From assembly GCF_964355755.1 (NCBI RefSeq), contig NC_092673.1, positions 33,291,648-33,355,647 of the forward strand: a stretch of DNA of 64,000 nt, given 5' to 3'. Shown piece by piece: positions 13,701 through 28,700 of the stretch. The stretch is from Antedon mediterranea (lineage: Eukaryota > Animalia > Echinodermata). Every line of letters starts with the position of its first letter. Positions within the stretch are counted from its first letter, which is position 1. Position numbers and translations under genes: made by a program. The notes under the pieces are model-generated. The model was given only the letters and a program-made list of their open reading frames with translations. It searched no databases and was not told where the DNA came from.

Positions 13701-16700
13701 ACTAAAATAAAATAAATATATTTAAAACTGTTTATCCATAATACTTAACAAAAACAAAATAAAATCAATATATATTTGGTATATTTTGAGATTCAGAAAT
13801 ATACCACAGTAAAAGATAATGGTATGAGATAATGGACAGAAAAAAGAGCCTATTTATAATGTACCCCTTGAGGGCTCTATTAAACTTGTTTATTTATTAA
13901 AGCATTATTTTTCTTTGGTATCTATTAACTTGGATAACCTTAAATTTTCTCACGTCTTTGCTCCAGCCAACTCTTTTGTGGAGTGGAGACCCACTTGATA
14001 GTTTGATTTAGTTCGCTTTTGGGAATCCTGTCTCTCTCTATTGTTTGTTATTTTTTGTTATAATTATGTGAGACAAAATAAATGAAATGAAAAAAAAAAA
14101 AAAAAAAATTCATTTTTCCACTATTCCTCATACATGTAAATAATAATTATATACAAATATACAATTTTTCAAATTTGAACTTCCAGGCTCGCGGCGGGCT
14201 ACAGTACTTTAGTTTACTTTTTCCATCCATTGCCAATTGTTTTTGTATTTTACTTTATTGTTTTGGCTAAATAAATGAATGTATTGGAGAAGTTGCCTAT
14301 GGAAGTTGGAAACAGATCAACCCTTAGTCTGCATTACTCTCTAATATAAGGGGTTTAAATGAGTTGTTCCCCATAAATTGTCCTGATGGTGAAACTTTAT
14401 AAGTTCAAAATGTTATATCCATATTCAATTCACAATCAATTTTAATTTGTATATAATTTATTTTAATGAGTTTTATCATTTAAAAAACTTTTCAAAAATA
14501 GTTAATATCTTTTGAAATGAAATACCTCAAACAATAGGTGTTATTTTAAGCCACTGAATGCTTTAGAGCACATTTTTTTATAACAAGGCATTATAATATG
14601 ATATGATTATTATATATAACAGATACTTACAGGCATCATGAGAGTTATCGTGTTGATTGCAATCAGTGCCATGATAAAATATTCAAAGGGGGATGACACA
14701 ACAAACGTCCACACTTTAAATTGAAACTTTGTCTGATCCTTTGGCATAAATCTGTCTACAGGTTTTGCAGTAATGCAAAATTCTATGCATTGTTTCTGAA
14801 ATACAACATTTATTTGGCAATTGTAACAAAATACTGTGGTTTGGTGGTTATGATGCTTGGCTACCAATCTAAGGGTCCTGGGTTCAAGTCCTGTCATATG
14901 TCAGGGTTTTTTCTCATGACAATTTACAACTCCACTCCCAAAGACTTAATAATAAGTCTTTGTTTATGTAGAGCATCTTGTGTATATGTTTGTCTTGTAA
15001 AATTTTAAATAGTTTATCCATCCTGTAATTGGCGCGTTACTCGCTGTTGGATGAGTATGAAATAAATAAAATAATAATAATATTAATAATCAGTAGTGGG
15101 ATGGGCAAAATCTTAAAGACCGGTTTTGACTGTGGACGATAAACGGCAATAATAGAAAAACATTTTTCTTACAGAAAACAAAGGATTTCTAGTTTCGCAG
15201 AAAAAGGTATAAATTTTATTTGAGGCTTAGGAGTGAAGCTGAAAGAGTTACAATTCTGCACTAGGTCAGGATTGAACCCTGGACCTAGGGTTGGAAGACA
15301 AGCATGTTAACCACCATACCATTATTAAAGCATAACCTGCATTTACGCCGTCTTTGATGAAAATAATAATTTTTTCGCAAGTAGTTTCAATGTAGTTAGT
15401 ACTAAAGTACGAAATTACGTCAGCGTAGGGCAAACTTCTGACCAATTAAATAATGAGCCTTAATCTAAAGATAATTTATCTCACCTGGTTCTTATCTATA
15501 TCACCATCTTCATACTGCGCGTCTCCCTGTTCCTGAAATGTAATGATGATGAGGGCAACGAAAATGTTCAAGAAAAAGAACGGAAAAATAATGAAGTACA
15601 CTACATAGTATATGGCCATCTGTGTACGTGAGTAAGGTGAAGGTCCCTGGCCCTCCACTGTGGCATCCATTGAGTATTTTAAAATGCTGGAAAAAAAAGA
15701 AGACAATTTTAACACATAAAAAAAAAGCATATACACCAATTAATGAGAGGAAATGTAGTCTGTGAATTGTATTAAAGATGAAATACACGCCAGTACATTG
15801 TTTTTAACAAGTCATTTTTAACATATTTATTTTTACATGAATACAGTTTTTTATTCCCTTCAACTTGGTAAAAGAGAAAAAAAAATGAGGTTCGGAGGTG
15901 AGGAGTCTGTTTAAAGTAGTTATTTTTATTTGATGTTTTTTATACATTTCTATTTTTAATCCGTGCCTATTTATAATTGTTATTTTATATTATTTTATTC
16001 ACTCATAAGCCAGAATTGCAAGAGTTTGATAAATAAATAAATACATATATGTCTAAAGAGATTTAATATTTTGTCTTGTTTTCTTTTAATGCTTAGAAGA
16101 AATCTTCCACTGTGTAGACCTTTTATTTTTTTTGTGCCTGTGTGTTGTTTAACTATAGTTGCATTACTAATTGGTCAACTTGGTCATATCACTACCATAT
16201 TTGAGCATATTACTACCATATTTGGGTAATTTCAACTTACTCAGGCCACCCTTCTCCTGTGGAAACTGTAAATAACGTTAGCATCGATGCGATAACATTG
16301 TCATAATGAAAATCGCGCTTTTCCCAAACTCGTGCCTCAACACTAGTAATCTCATCACCTTCATATCTGAAAAAATTTCCCCTGAAAAAAAAATATAGAT
16401 ATAGATTACAATAAGAGATATGTGTTAGTGCAATGTAATTGTCCTCATTGATGCGTGTTGTATTCTCTTCAGTATTAACACAATACAGTAACCCCTCATT
16501 GAGCCCATCCTCATTCAGAGGAGACGTCTATTAAGGCCAATTTACACAGACGAGTGGTAATGGTAATAAAAATATAGAATCCATGTTAATTGTTATTCCT
16601 GATGAACTCTTACAGATGGACACTTACACACAACACGGAGCAGCTGAGAGGTTTCTGCTCAGGATAGATTCAGATTCTATGTGGGACAAGCTTTATGGTT

Positions 16701-19700
16701 TTCCGCATATCGTTACCGCTCGCTGTGTAAATTGGCTTTTTAAAGACACTTTTCCATGAAATCAACAAGGGGTAATATATAACACACCTTATTAAAGGAA
16801 ATCTTTGTTGGGTCCTGAAAGTGTCTTCTTAAAAGTGTTTGTAAAAAACAATCTCAATTTAAATTCACCTTTTGATTTAGCTTTCTCTTCATTAATTTGT
16901 ATTTTTATTTTATTTTTAAGTAATTTCAATCTACTAAATCGGCAAAAAAAATACAACCTCTCTAAAGTATACAAGTTGTGTTTTGACACTCCATATCCTG
17001 GACACACATAAGTACGAAAGAAAGGGGTGAGGAGAGAGAGACGAAAGGAAAGGTGTGGATATTTTGTATAGAAATTGTCAGTTTCCATTGATTAGGAATA
17101 AACTTACATGCAATCTGGTTCTGTCACTTTAGACATGTCGGTACAATAATTAAATCGCCCCTTTAAAAGTTGAACACCTATGACCGCGAAGATGAACATG
17201 AACAGGAAGTAAACGATGGCGATGTTTACAACGTTTTTGACTGAATGTACTACGCAGTCGAATACAGCCTAAAATGATAAGAAAAAAATGTCAGTAATAT
17301 TGATTTTCAATCAAGTAGAACACACAGACTTGTATCTAGCCACAAATCAAACACATTGCTCGATCCATGGTTGTGGTGGTAGAAAAGTCTTTTCGGATAA
17401 GTACTACTACTACTGTATAAACCATGGTCCAGTGTACACATCTGGCTCATGTGCAATTTAAAGAACCCAGTACATCTTTCGAGGTGAGTAGGAGGTTACC
17501 CCGGTGTACTAGTATATACACAGCCAATGTCACACACACACACACTTATAACTCATCATGAGAGCCCCTTGATTGTCAGCATACGCTGTTTAGGGTCACC
17601 CTCTATAAATAAGGTTAAATAAAAATATAAAAAAAAACATTATATATAATCAGTTAAGACAATTTCTCCTGATATATAAAAAAAAAATGCTGAAATAAAC
17701 ACATGAAAATGAGGTACCTTTAGTTTTGGTATTCTTTTGATGGTTTTCAGAGGACGCAATACTCTCAACACACGGAGACATTTAATAGTACTTAGGTCTC
17801 CACTACCTTCACCCCCAGAGCTACAAAATGAAAAAATCAAATGAACATATATTTTTTATATAATTTACATACTGTGTAACCAAGCGGGTATAATCTGACT
17901 TTTAGTAAGCCCTGTTTACACTTGCACTTGTTGATCCTGTAGGGTATAAGTTTTAGTAAGTCCTGTTTACACTTGTTGATCCTGTACCGCTCAACATTCA
18001 ATGACTAGTGAATGAATATGAACCAATAGGTGAAATGCATACATTAATTTGCAACAACACATTGTAAAGTGGGCACCAATTACACATGTCATGGCCATGC
18101 TAGTTTGTGCCATTGATTAAATGGCATTTACACTAGACCAGTAGTGAAAGTGCCTATAAAGAGGTCTAACTAATGAACATTTCTTGGCCAAGCATACCTA
18201 GCAAGCAGGCAAATTTTCATCTACTAAGCTATGCTTAAAGGTGCCCATATAGACATGGTGATGTCATATCACTAGTAAATTTGGGCATATTACTACCATA
18301 TTTGGGCTTATCACAATTTCTTTGTCAAACTAGTTTGATAGTGTAGACAGAGATTAAGATTAAAATACTTACGTTGAATTAACACCAAATGCCACAAGGG
18401 CACAGATGACAACCGTAGCATCTAGAATGTTCCATATATCTCTGATATATGCACCAGGGTGCAATATCAGGCCCATATCCACTATCTTCATAATTAACTC
18501 AATTGTGAAGATTCCCGTGAAGAGATAATCAAGGTAATTTAATACCTAAAAGAAACAAGCAATAAACATTTTAAATTTAAAATTAGGGTTAGTTAGTTAA
18601 TTTAGACACAGAAACAAATAATGTGTTAAAACAATATTGATGAGGTGTCCTTTTTTCTCCCAATGTATTGTTCTAAATACAAGCAAGCACTCAGTCAAAC
18701 TCAACCGTTCTTTTCAGAACTACATACGTGGTATACCGCAAAAATTATATACATTCAGTCATTTTCACCAAACATCAGAACAAAACAGGTGCATTGTGGG
18801 ATAATAAATTTCTTTCTAACCAATCATTGTTTGCAAACTTCTATTTTTGTTATGGACCATGGTGACAATTGGCTAGCAATGGCTATGACTGAGCGCTTAC
18901 TGGCTAAACCTAGGATCCCCGAACTCAAGGCCAGAGCTGGGCCGGAAGGTAATGGCTATGAGCGCTTACTGGCTAAACCTAGGAGCCTCGAACTCAAGGC
19001 CAGAGCTGGGCCTGAAGGCAATAGCTACGAGCGCTTACTGGCTAAACCTAGGAGCCCCGAACTCAAGGCCAGAGCTGGGCCGGAAGCCCCAGAGCTGTTC
19101 TCATATCAGAGGGCCCCTTAGATTGCCGAAACCAGGGGCTTTCAGCCTCTGCGTTACGCCACTAATTGCATAGCAGAAATATTGAAAAACTTGCTTTGTT
19201 TCGTTCACTTTCTGTGTTGACCGGATCTTCTGCTGCTAACGCTATACTACTAAGACCAATTACAATCATGATGGTGATATCAAACCATCTGTTTATTACG
19301 CATTTGTGGACCAGCACACGGAAGCTGTAAACATAAAATAATAAATAAATATAAAAGAGTTTATGTTATGTATAAATTTTCTTACACCATTTTTAATAAC
19401 GGTTGGAGCTAATTTAAACCGGCAAATCATACTGGCAAAACCTGCATCGGAAGACCACAGAAGATATAAAAAGAAAAGAATGAGTCTTAGAGTTTTTAAC
19501 TTACGGATTTGTTGAACTGAAAATGAACAAGGAACTGAATGGGACAATTGCTTTTGGAACCCCTTCTTCTTCCTCCTCCTCTCCTTCTGGAGCTAAAAAA
19601 ATTATAAAAAAAATCAATTAGGTCAAAGGTTAAATGTGAACAGCTTTCAATTACACAGATTCTATGCACTACTGTTTCTCACAATGTCTGATGAATATTT

Positions 19701-22700
19701 TTGTATTAAAACACAATTCGACTTTAAACAACATATTTATGAAGCAGCAAAAATTAATATAAAATATATTAAGTAAATAGAAATAATAATTTTTTATAAT
19801 TTTTCGAATATAACATAATATTGGTTATCTAACTACAAATAATTGAAAGATAAAACAACAAAATCAACACTGTAGAAAAAAAACACAGTATATTTCAAAG
19901 TACAACATTCATACTAATTAATAACATTCATATCGACCTTTCGTTTTCACGAAAATAAAAGGGCAAATGTCAAAACACAAAATAACCTACTATATTTTGT
20001 AGGTATACCTAGTACCTAGATTAAGCACACACAGTTCATACCTTACATACTGGGTTCATTTCCATATATAATTACAATGGTTCGCATAAGTCTACTGTAC
20101 ATGTATACCTATCAATACATATCACCAGGGGCGGATTCAATGCGTGCGCGTACTGCCCCTTTGACAGACAAAAAAAACTACTTTTTTGATATCCTCTCTT
20201 TTAATGTTAGCACTCCTTCATTCGGTAAATCTAAGATCTGCCATTGACTGTCCAAGTTATAGTTGATGTCTGTGGGTTAAGAATCTATACTAACTAACTA
20301 TATTGCTCTATGGTCTAATGGTATTTTACACGCTTTGAATTCAAAAGGAATGATTTAATCCTAACAAAGTCATTCATTTTACACCAAAAAATTACTAGAC
20401 ATTTTAAATCGGAGTTTCTTTTTCGATTTAACTACATCATTTCTGATTATTGTATACTACTTATTTCAAATGTATTAAAATATTTCACCAGAATAGGAAA
20501 CAAAACTAGAAAACCTTCTTCTTCAGGATCTTTCGTCTTCTTCTTTATAGAACATTCACAATGACACGAACAAACCCAAGGACATTCACATTGGGGATAG
20601 GAACAAGGAAAATGAATTCCATTCACGTTAAGATGGTCATAGTATCTCTTTAACCGGACTTTCCACGTAGCGGTATCCGATTCTATTTCTTCTTCTAATT
20701 CTTTTAAAACAAAAATCATAGTTACAAATACACAGAAACAAAAACAAACTAAACTGTTAACTATCCCAAATAGGGCAACCTCGGGCTGGCAGAAAATGCC
20801 TGGCTTTGATGATTAAGAAAAAACACTTTGGTTTAAAAAAAAATAAATTTTCAGAGATTTTGTTAATACTATAGTCTAAATATTATTATTTTTTATTTTC
20901 GTAATTTCTTTATGTTTCAATGACAGAAATACAATTTTTATTTTTAGGATATTAAAATATTAATCAAAGGAACATTAATTCTTTATTATTGTTTTTTTTA
21001 TATCGTATTTTGAGATTATTTCCATATATTAATTATAACAATATTCAAGAATGAATTTTGTCATTAAGATTTAGAATAACATCACAATTAGATATTAATT
21101 TATTCTTTTTCTTAGTATAGTTTGGAAATTCAATTTTCTAATTGATTAAAAAAATTCAAAAGGAAATTATAAGGATGGTGTTTTCAAAATATAATCTAAA
21201 TGGCAAAGTGAAATTAAATAATCATTATTTTTCTATTAATTTGGGGTAATTCCCTTTAAAATAAATCTCAATTTAACAAAGATTTAAAAAAAGTGATTCC
21301 ATCTCATGCAGATGGTGGAAAAATTAAGTAATACAATTTTCATTTCAATGTTAGTTATTAATAATACATTAAGCATAGAAATACACCAAATCCATGATGT
21401 AAAGTGATTGAGAGAAAAGTAAATAAAAATGTCAGTGATGAAGAAATATTAAGTGCTTAAAATATCAGAGGGTATTAAATAATTTGCATTTAGAAAAATT
21501 GAGTATTAAAAATGTCTGTTTGACTATCGTCAGTGTCAGTATTTTAAATAATATGGCATGAATTCCCAATGTTAGTTTTTAATTTAGTATAGAAAATGAT
21601 AAACATGCCATGAAATGTGATTGAGAAAGTGTATATAAATATCATGTAAGAAATAAATAGTGCTAAAGAATATTTAAAAAATCAAAATTTATTTTAAAAG
21701 TAAAGACAATATAATCAGGGATGTGCCTAAATTCGGGGGGGGGGGGGGGGTCTACTTAGGACTAAATATTTCCGCCTGGCACCAATTTTCTTTTATAGCT
21801 GAAGCTGAATCACCGATTCAACTTTTTTTTTTTTTAAACCATATTTAATGAGGGTGATCCATCCAGCTGTTGCTGATCATTAGGGACCCTCAGAGGTTCA
21901 CAAGACAAACATATACACAAGATGCTCTACATAAACAAAGTCTTATTACAAGTCTTTAGGAGTGGGGTAATTTGGTCCTTAGAAAAAATCCTGACATGTG
22001 ACGGGCTTGAACCCAGGACCCTTGGAGTGGTAGACAAGCATCATAACCACCAAGCCACAACTCCACTCCAAATTGCAAATATATCCTGGAATTCGCTTGA
22101 CCAACTATACTACATTACGCCCTCAATCATTTATATTCTTCTGTGATATTTTTGGCGATAGTTAGCACAATGTTTTCTGTAGTGTGAAAAGGCCATTAGA
22201 CGATACAGCAAGAGGTGAGGTTGTTCATCCCAAAATTTAAAAAAAATCAAATGTATTTATTACTGTACAATGCCCCAATGATTTAAATTAATAAACATTG
22301 CCCAAAGGCGAAAAAAACTAAACCGGTCTCAACCAGTTCGGATCTCATCTAAACAGGTTATGAACATACCAGGAATTAACACAATCGTCTCTCTCCAGTA
22401 TCACATACAGTACATGAAAAATGATATCTTAAAACTATCGTTAGTATTACCACTACTGTACTATGAAACCATTGTCACATGATGACTAACCATGTTATAG
22501 AATGACCAACACATACTTTCAAAAAAGCTTGACACTCAAAATCTAAAGACGTATGGATGAAAAATTTACGAGCCTTTGTTCAAATTTTAAATCACTAAAT
22601 TTAAGCAAAATTTAGATTTTACTTTGAATCATAAAAAAGAAAAAACCTTAAAACAAACAAGAATTTACACAATGAATAAAGAATCAGTAAAAGAACAGTT

Positions 22701-25700
22701 GATTAGTAAATCTAGTATACCTTTATACCCATGTGCAATATTTTATAATGCATAGTCAGCGTGCCATAGTTTAAATTACCAGTGCATAATGTTCACCAGT
22801 GCATTTGTGTGTTAAACTAAACCAAATGGCATGTACCATTATCAATAAAGGTATAACATACCAACAATATGGAACTGAATCATTGTGATATTATTAAAAC
22901 AATTAATAGTAGAAATACATTTTTATACTATTGCTAATTGATTATTAAATAAATTAAAGTAGGATAAACCTCAGAATATCAGATCAGAATATAAATTTAT
23001 ATTTAATTTATATTTATTAAATCAAAATTATTGTTGATGCAAATGTTCGGATTATGCAAATTATATCAGAAGATTTCATTTCCTTTTTTATAGTGAATTT
23101 TTTAATAATTCCCAAAACCAATAGTTTCTACTTCATAATTCACTAATATTTGATTCAGTTCCAGATTGACATTTATTCAACCTTCTGATTGTTGCATTTC
23201 GACTACGAAAGCAATAGAGCATGACAAACATTTGAGCACGCTCAGAAGCCCATACTGACTTCAGGACCAGATGGTGATAGCTTTTGGGACTACAGAAATT
23301 GCATTAGTCAAAAGAAGAGAACCTTGTTTATGATTAATTGCTTTCGTAGTCGTGATTGTCGAATAAAGAAATGAAATGAAATGTCATATAGTTTAGCTTG
23401 TTACAATCAAACTAAACATGTAAGTTATGCTTAGATTTGCCTACCTCCTTCAGCCTTTTTATTTACGTCATTCGACTTCCCCTCTTCACTGTAAAACAAA
23501 AAATTATATAACAATATTTAATATTGATCAAACATAATACGAAGCAAAATTATACTGATGTTTTGGTTGATAGACTTCAGATAAAAACAGGAGGCTTCCT
23601 TGATGCAGTATCCAACACAATTTACAAACATAAAGAAATCAGAAGCCATAACCATAATGCCTGTGAGAGTTGAACATATGGCCTTCTAACTGGCCTAGAA
23701 AGGGTCAATTGAAGGACCTAGGGCCTAGCACGAGGTGAATGCATGGCCTACAGATTGGCCTAGAAAGAGTTAATATTGCAGGGCTTGACTATCCTAGAAG
23801 GATTTAAATAAATGGGCTTCCAACTGCCTTAGAAAGAGTTAATTCTAGGGGCTTCTTATTAACCAAGCAAGAGCTAGACTTACATGGCAAGTTGTCCTGT
23901 ATCAGGGTTTGGTGATCCCTTTCTGCTCATACTTGGTGTCTGTTGAACTAACGCTTCCATCTCTCGATTGATTTTATCCTGTTTCTCTGCGTTCTCTAGC
24001 TCTTCCAATCTGGAGAGCTCTTGAGCATTGGCTAAGTTATCCACGGCAATGGCAAGGAAGACATTCAACAGAGTATCTGAAGATCAGCGGCTAAGGAAAA
24101 CTTTATTTTTCATTATTTCATTCAATATGGCAGCAACAACGAGAAATAGTCTGGAGACTGGGAATTGAATGCTGGAGCCTGGGAATTGAATGCTGGAACC
24201 TGGGAATTGAATGCTAGACCCTGGGAATTGAATGCTAGGCCATGGGAAATTAATGTTAGACCCTGGGGATTGATTGCTAAACACCGGGAATTGAAATACT
24301 AGACCCTGGGAATTGAATGCTAGACCCTGGGAATTGAATACTGGACCCTGGGAATTAAATGCTGGAGCCTGGGGATTGAATGCTGGAGCCTGGGGATTGA
24401 ATGTTACATCCTCGCACTATTCAAGCAAGAGTTGAACTTGGCCTTGCAATGTTTAAAAAGGATACAGTTACCGAAGAGCACCAAAATGATAAAATAAATG
24501 CTAGCCCACATGCCAGATGGTACACCACCTTGTGAGACGATGCCGTTGTACATAACAGCATTCCAATCTTCCCCTGTCAAGATCTGGAATAAATCAAACA
24601 ATTGAATACCAAATTTAAAGAAATCACTGTAGCTTTGTAAAAAAAAATAACTAAAAGTAAGAAATTTAAGGGAATTCTTCAAAATGGTAAATCTACACAT
24701 CATTTGAAAGACTGTATGTCTGAGGGAGACAATCATTGATAAACTACATTGCGAAAAGGGTTATGATCCTTTAAGGCCAGAATATTGTTATCAAAGTCAA
24801 TAGACCAGCACAAGGTTAGGATTATACTCTGGTACTAGGTTGGGATTGAACCTTTAACCTTGGAATTATAAGGAAGGCAGGCAAGCAATCTACCACTACC
24901 TTTCTTTGAAATCTTACCTGGAATACAGTCATGAGAGCTATGGGGAATGTGTCAAAGTTGCTGGATGGTTTATCCTCATTAGGATTAATTGTATTGAAGC
25001 TAAAACAATAAAAAAACAATCATGTACAACTAGAGAATTTACTAATAATAATAATACACAATGTTACTACATTTTTTTCAGATTATGTTAAATTAAAGAA
25101 ATGATTCTACGTCAATTTCACAATTTCAAACTGAACTAAAAACATGTTATCACTATTGACTATATTCAAACAAGGTTAGAATTAGTCAATAATACTATTC
25201 ACAAAACACCTATTCTAATTGTTCTTTATAGATCAATAACGGCTAATCTTATATGATCAATACCAATCAATAATCTTCTAATAATTGTTGTTTAATTTTA
25301 ATATCATGACACAATGAAACATTGTAATGAATCATTTGTTTTGAAATACTTATACGTAAACATACTGATACATACATACATTTAATACATTTATTTTTTA
25401 AATATTAATCATATTCGGCTGTCTATTTCCAGCAAATCTATCTACTAATTTGACTGCTGTAAAGGACCAGATAATATACACATCAAATTTGTTTTATTTA
25501 GATAAATTTGCAATGAAGTAGAGTACAAAAAACAGAATACGACGCACGTAGTCTTCCTAAATTTAGAATTTTTCAAGAACACATGAATATATTATCATAA
25601 GTTATATTTCATTATATCGAAAACATGCATGCAATGAATAGGGGAATAAATTAGGTTGGGTTGAATATTGTGACGAGGTACATAAAATTGATGATTATGG

Positions 25701-28700
25701 GAAAATTAAAAAAAAAATGAATGAAATAATTTATCATTAAATTCGCTAAGGTAATATTCTAATTTTTAAAAGTATGATGATATTAATTTATTCTCTATTG
25801 TGCATTATGGGAAAATAAAAAAAAAATTTGAATGAAATATTTTATCATTAAATTCGCTAAGGTAATATTCTAATTTTCAAAAGTATGATGATATTAATTT
25901 ATTCTGTATTGTGCATTTTACAATGGATTTACTGTTATTGTTTAAATTGGATGAAAATTTAGATAATTTGTTTTTTTGTATATATATAGTTTGTAAAATA
26001 AAATTGTTGTCATTGGTCAACTCAATTGAATATTGTCCTTGCGTTACGTTCTAGTCGGAACAAATCTTTATAGGGGTTAGCATACAGAAATATTAATTTA
26101 TAATATAAATTTTATATATTCACAGTACACTGTATAACATGCAATACAATTTTCGCATTTTGCAATCCATATAATACACCCCCAATGCCCATTATTATAT
26201 GGTTTGATTGTTAAACACCTTATCAACAGTAAATCTGCTATAATATATGGTTAATTTGTAGTAATATATGATACCCACAAATTAATACTTAATGTATAGA
26301 ATAATGCAATTTTCATATATTTACAGCACCAACGAAAAACATCTTCCGTTTGTTAGCTAATCTCCCAAAATGAATGCACTGAAACTGTATTGACATTTCC
26401 CACAATGCATGTATTTCAAAATATTTCCCACAATCAGGATGTTAACATCTTCCACAATGCACTTTCCAATCACTCAACATTGTTTGTTTGGGGCGCATGG
26501 ATTGCGATAGGCGAGAATTGCTGCAATCGTAACTTTTCAGCTACCGCACACATAATTACCTTCCACCAAACAACTGCATCCCCAGCATAGCAAAGATGAG
26601 AATGAACAGGAAGAGTAGGAACAATAAACTCGCAATGGATCGTAAACTACTGAGTAGGGAGATGACTAAATTCCTTAGAGAGGACCAATAGCTATAGGTG
26701 GATCCGATGAATGGAGAATATAATGAAACAGAAAGATGAAGAAAATTATAAATTAATAATCAATGTAATATATATATTTAATGATCTGATAGGGTGATGT
26801 TGATTCCATTGTTTCTTGTTTGTTTACATTCATTGTAATAGTAACTTTTGCCATTTGGAAACGAGCCACCATTATCGTACGAATTTAGGTGAAAAATTAA
26901 TCGCAAAACCGTGGCAAACAATTTGAAATACGATTTGTTTTAAGCACTATTCAATTATAAATTTGTTTTTTTTCGATAAATTTCCATTAATTGTAGCGAA
27001 GTCGAGAAAACTTTAAATAAACATAAAAGCTTGGTTCCCACTATGATGTGCAGCGCAAGTAAATTTGATTAATCATGTCATGATTGGTAAAATTTCTTGT
27101 GTTGCGCCTGCGTTTTTGCTCGTGTCCTAGTGGGAACCAAGCTTACTAAAATTCAATTTATATATTTGTCCACCATGGGAAATTCAGATTGTTAGTTATA
27201 CAATTGTAAACAAGAAACAATGGAAGCTTGGATGTCTTCCATGATATGGTAGGTGGAGAGATGATTCCTCGTCTGCTACTTACTATCCACCAAATAGTTG
27301 CATTCCGAGCAACGCAAATATTACAAGAAACAGGAAAAGGAGAAAGACCAAGCTTAAAATCGATTGTAAACTATGGAACAAGGAGACTAGCAGATTGCGC
27401 ATTGTCTTCCAGTATCTGTGAACAAGGATGTTAATGTTTATTTCGGTACATATAAGTTAGACCTGACCTCTAACCTACAAAAAATATTCAGAATTAAAAG
27501 TTAACCATGTGCAGTTTGATATTGTCAAATTACTTTTCTTCATATCACAAATAAAAAATAAAGAAGCACGTTCATGTTATTTAATTTTTCGTTGCATACT
27601 TCAGTGAGACATGTCTATTGTTTGCTAGACTTTGAGAACGTAAACATCATGTCCGGATGATTTGACTTTTGGTACTCGTCACGATTTTTAGAAATTATTA
27701 TGTTACAGTTATTTTTCCTAGATTAATTTTTTTTTAAATATACTCGCCTTGTTACTTTGAAAATTCTAAGCAAACGAAGAGCTCGCAGGACACTGAGGCC
27801 AAACGATGAATCTTTGAATATTGACCAGATGACCTCAAACAAGCTCGCTAAAATGACCTGTGAAAAACAAACCAATAAACTCCTCAAAAAAGCTCAATTA
27901 AAAGTGCTATATTCCTGTGGGTATTTTGTCATTTTTTTCTCCTCACACACCCTCATCCATTCTCGAAGTTGTAATCCTGAATCCATTCTTGAAGTTAAAT
28001 ATACTTCACAACAAACCACCTCACATAACAACTTAAGATGTCGGCATGTATCATGAAACATTATGTTATAAAGAGGTTTTGTACAGAGCTAACAAAAATA
28101 TGCAAATTACACTATCATGTGCATTAACATACCATGCAATCAAACTTATTAAATGCTGACTTGAAATATATCTGAGGTCCTAAACCATACATTTTTATTG
28201 ACATCTCCAAGATGAAGACGCATAGGAATGTTATTTCCGCATAGACTGTAAAACAAAAGAAAGTTTTAAGGTTAGAAAATGCTAAAAATAGATCTGAATA
28301 GATTGGTGGTAAGATGCTTGTGACTGATCCTTATAAACCCTAGTTTTTTAGAGGTGTCCCCTGATTAGAAGCTAGTTTTAGTGTTAAAATTCCCCTTGCT
28401 CTTTCCACAGGAAGGTGTCTGACTATGGTGTTTCAAAGGAAGGGTATCCTAAAGGTTGGGTTCTATCGTTGGCATGCGAAAATAGAGTTTTACTGCCTTA
28501 CAATACATTTTTTTATGTGTATACATATTTGTTATTTATACGGTTGCGAAACCGCCGTAATATCTGATGGTATAAGATACGAAGGTCTATATTTGTATAG
28601 TATTTGATAAAACTCTTCACAACTTTTACAATATAAAAACATACTTACAGAGGAAGGTTCCGAGCCATGATGGTTGCGGATAGTGCTCAATAGCAACACA

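Noticed and set aside
14833-14900. tRNA gene
   Set aside because: Degenerate cloverleaf fused to a multi-copy body and A-rich tail, so it is a SINE head; the same applies to similar heads near 11180-11250, 38975-39050 and 56380-56450
18645-19121. 158-aa ORF with ERLLAKPR repeats
   Set aside because: Arises from a 69-bp triplication in a MITE remnant, antisense within an intron
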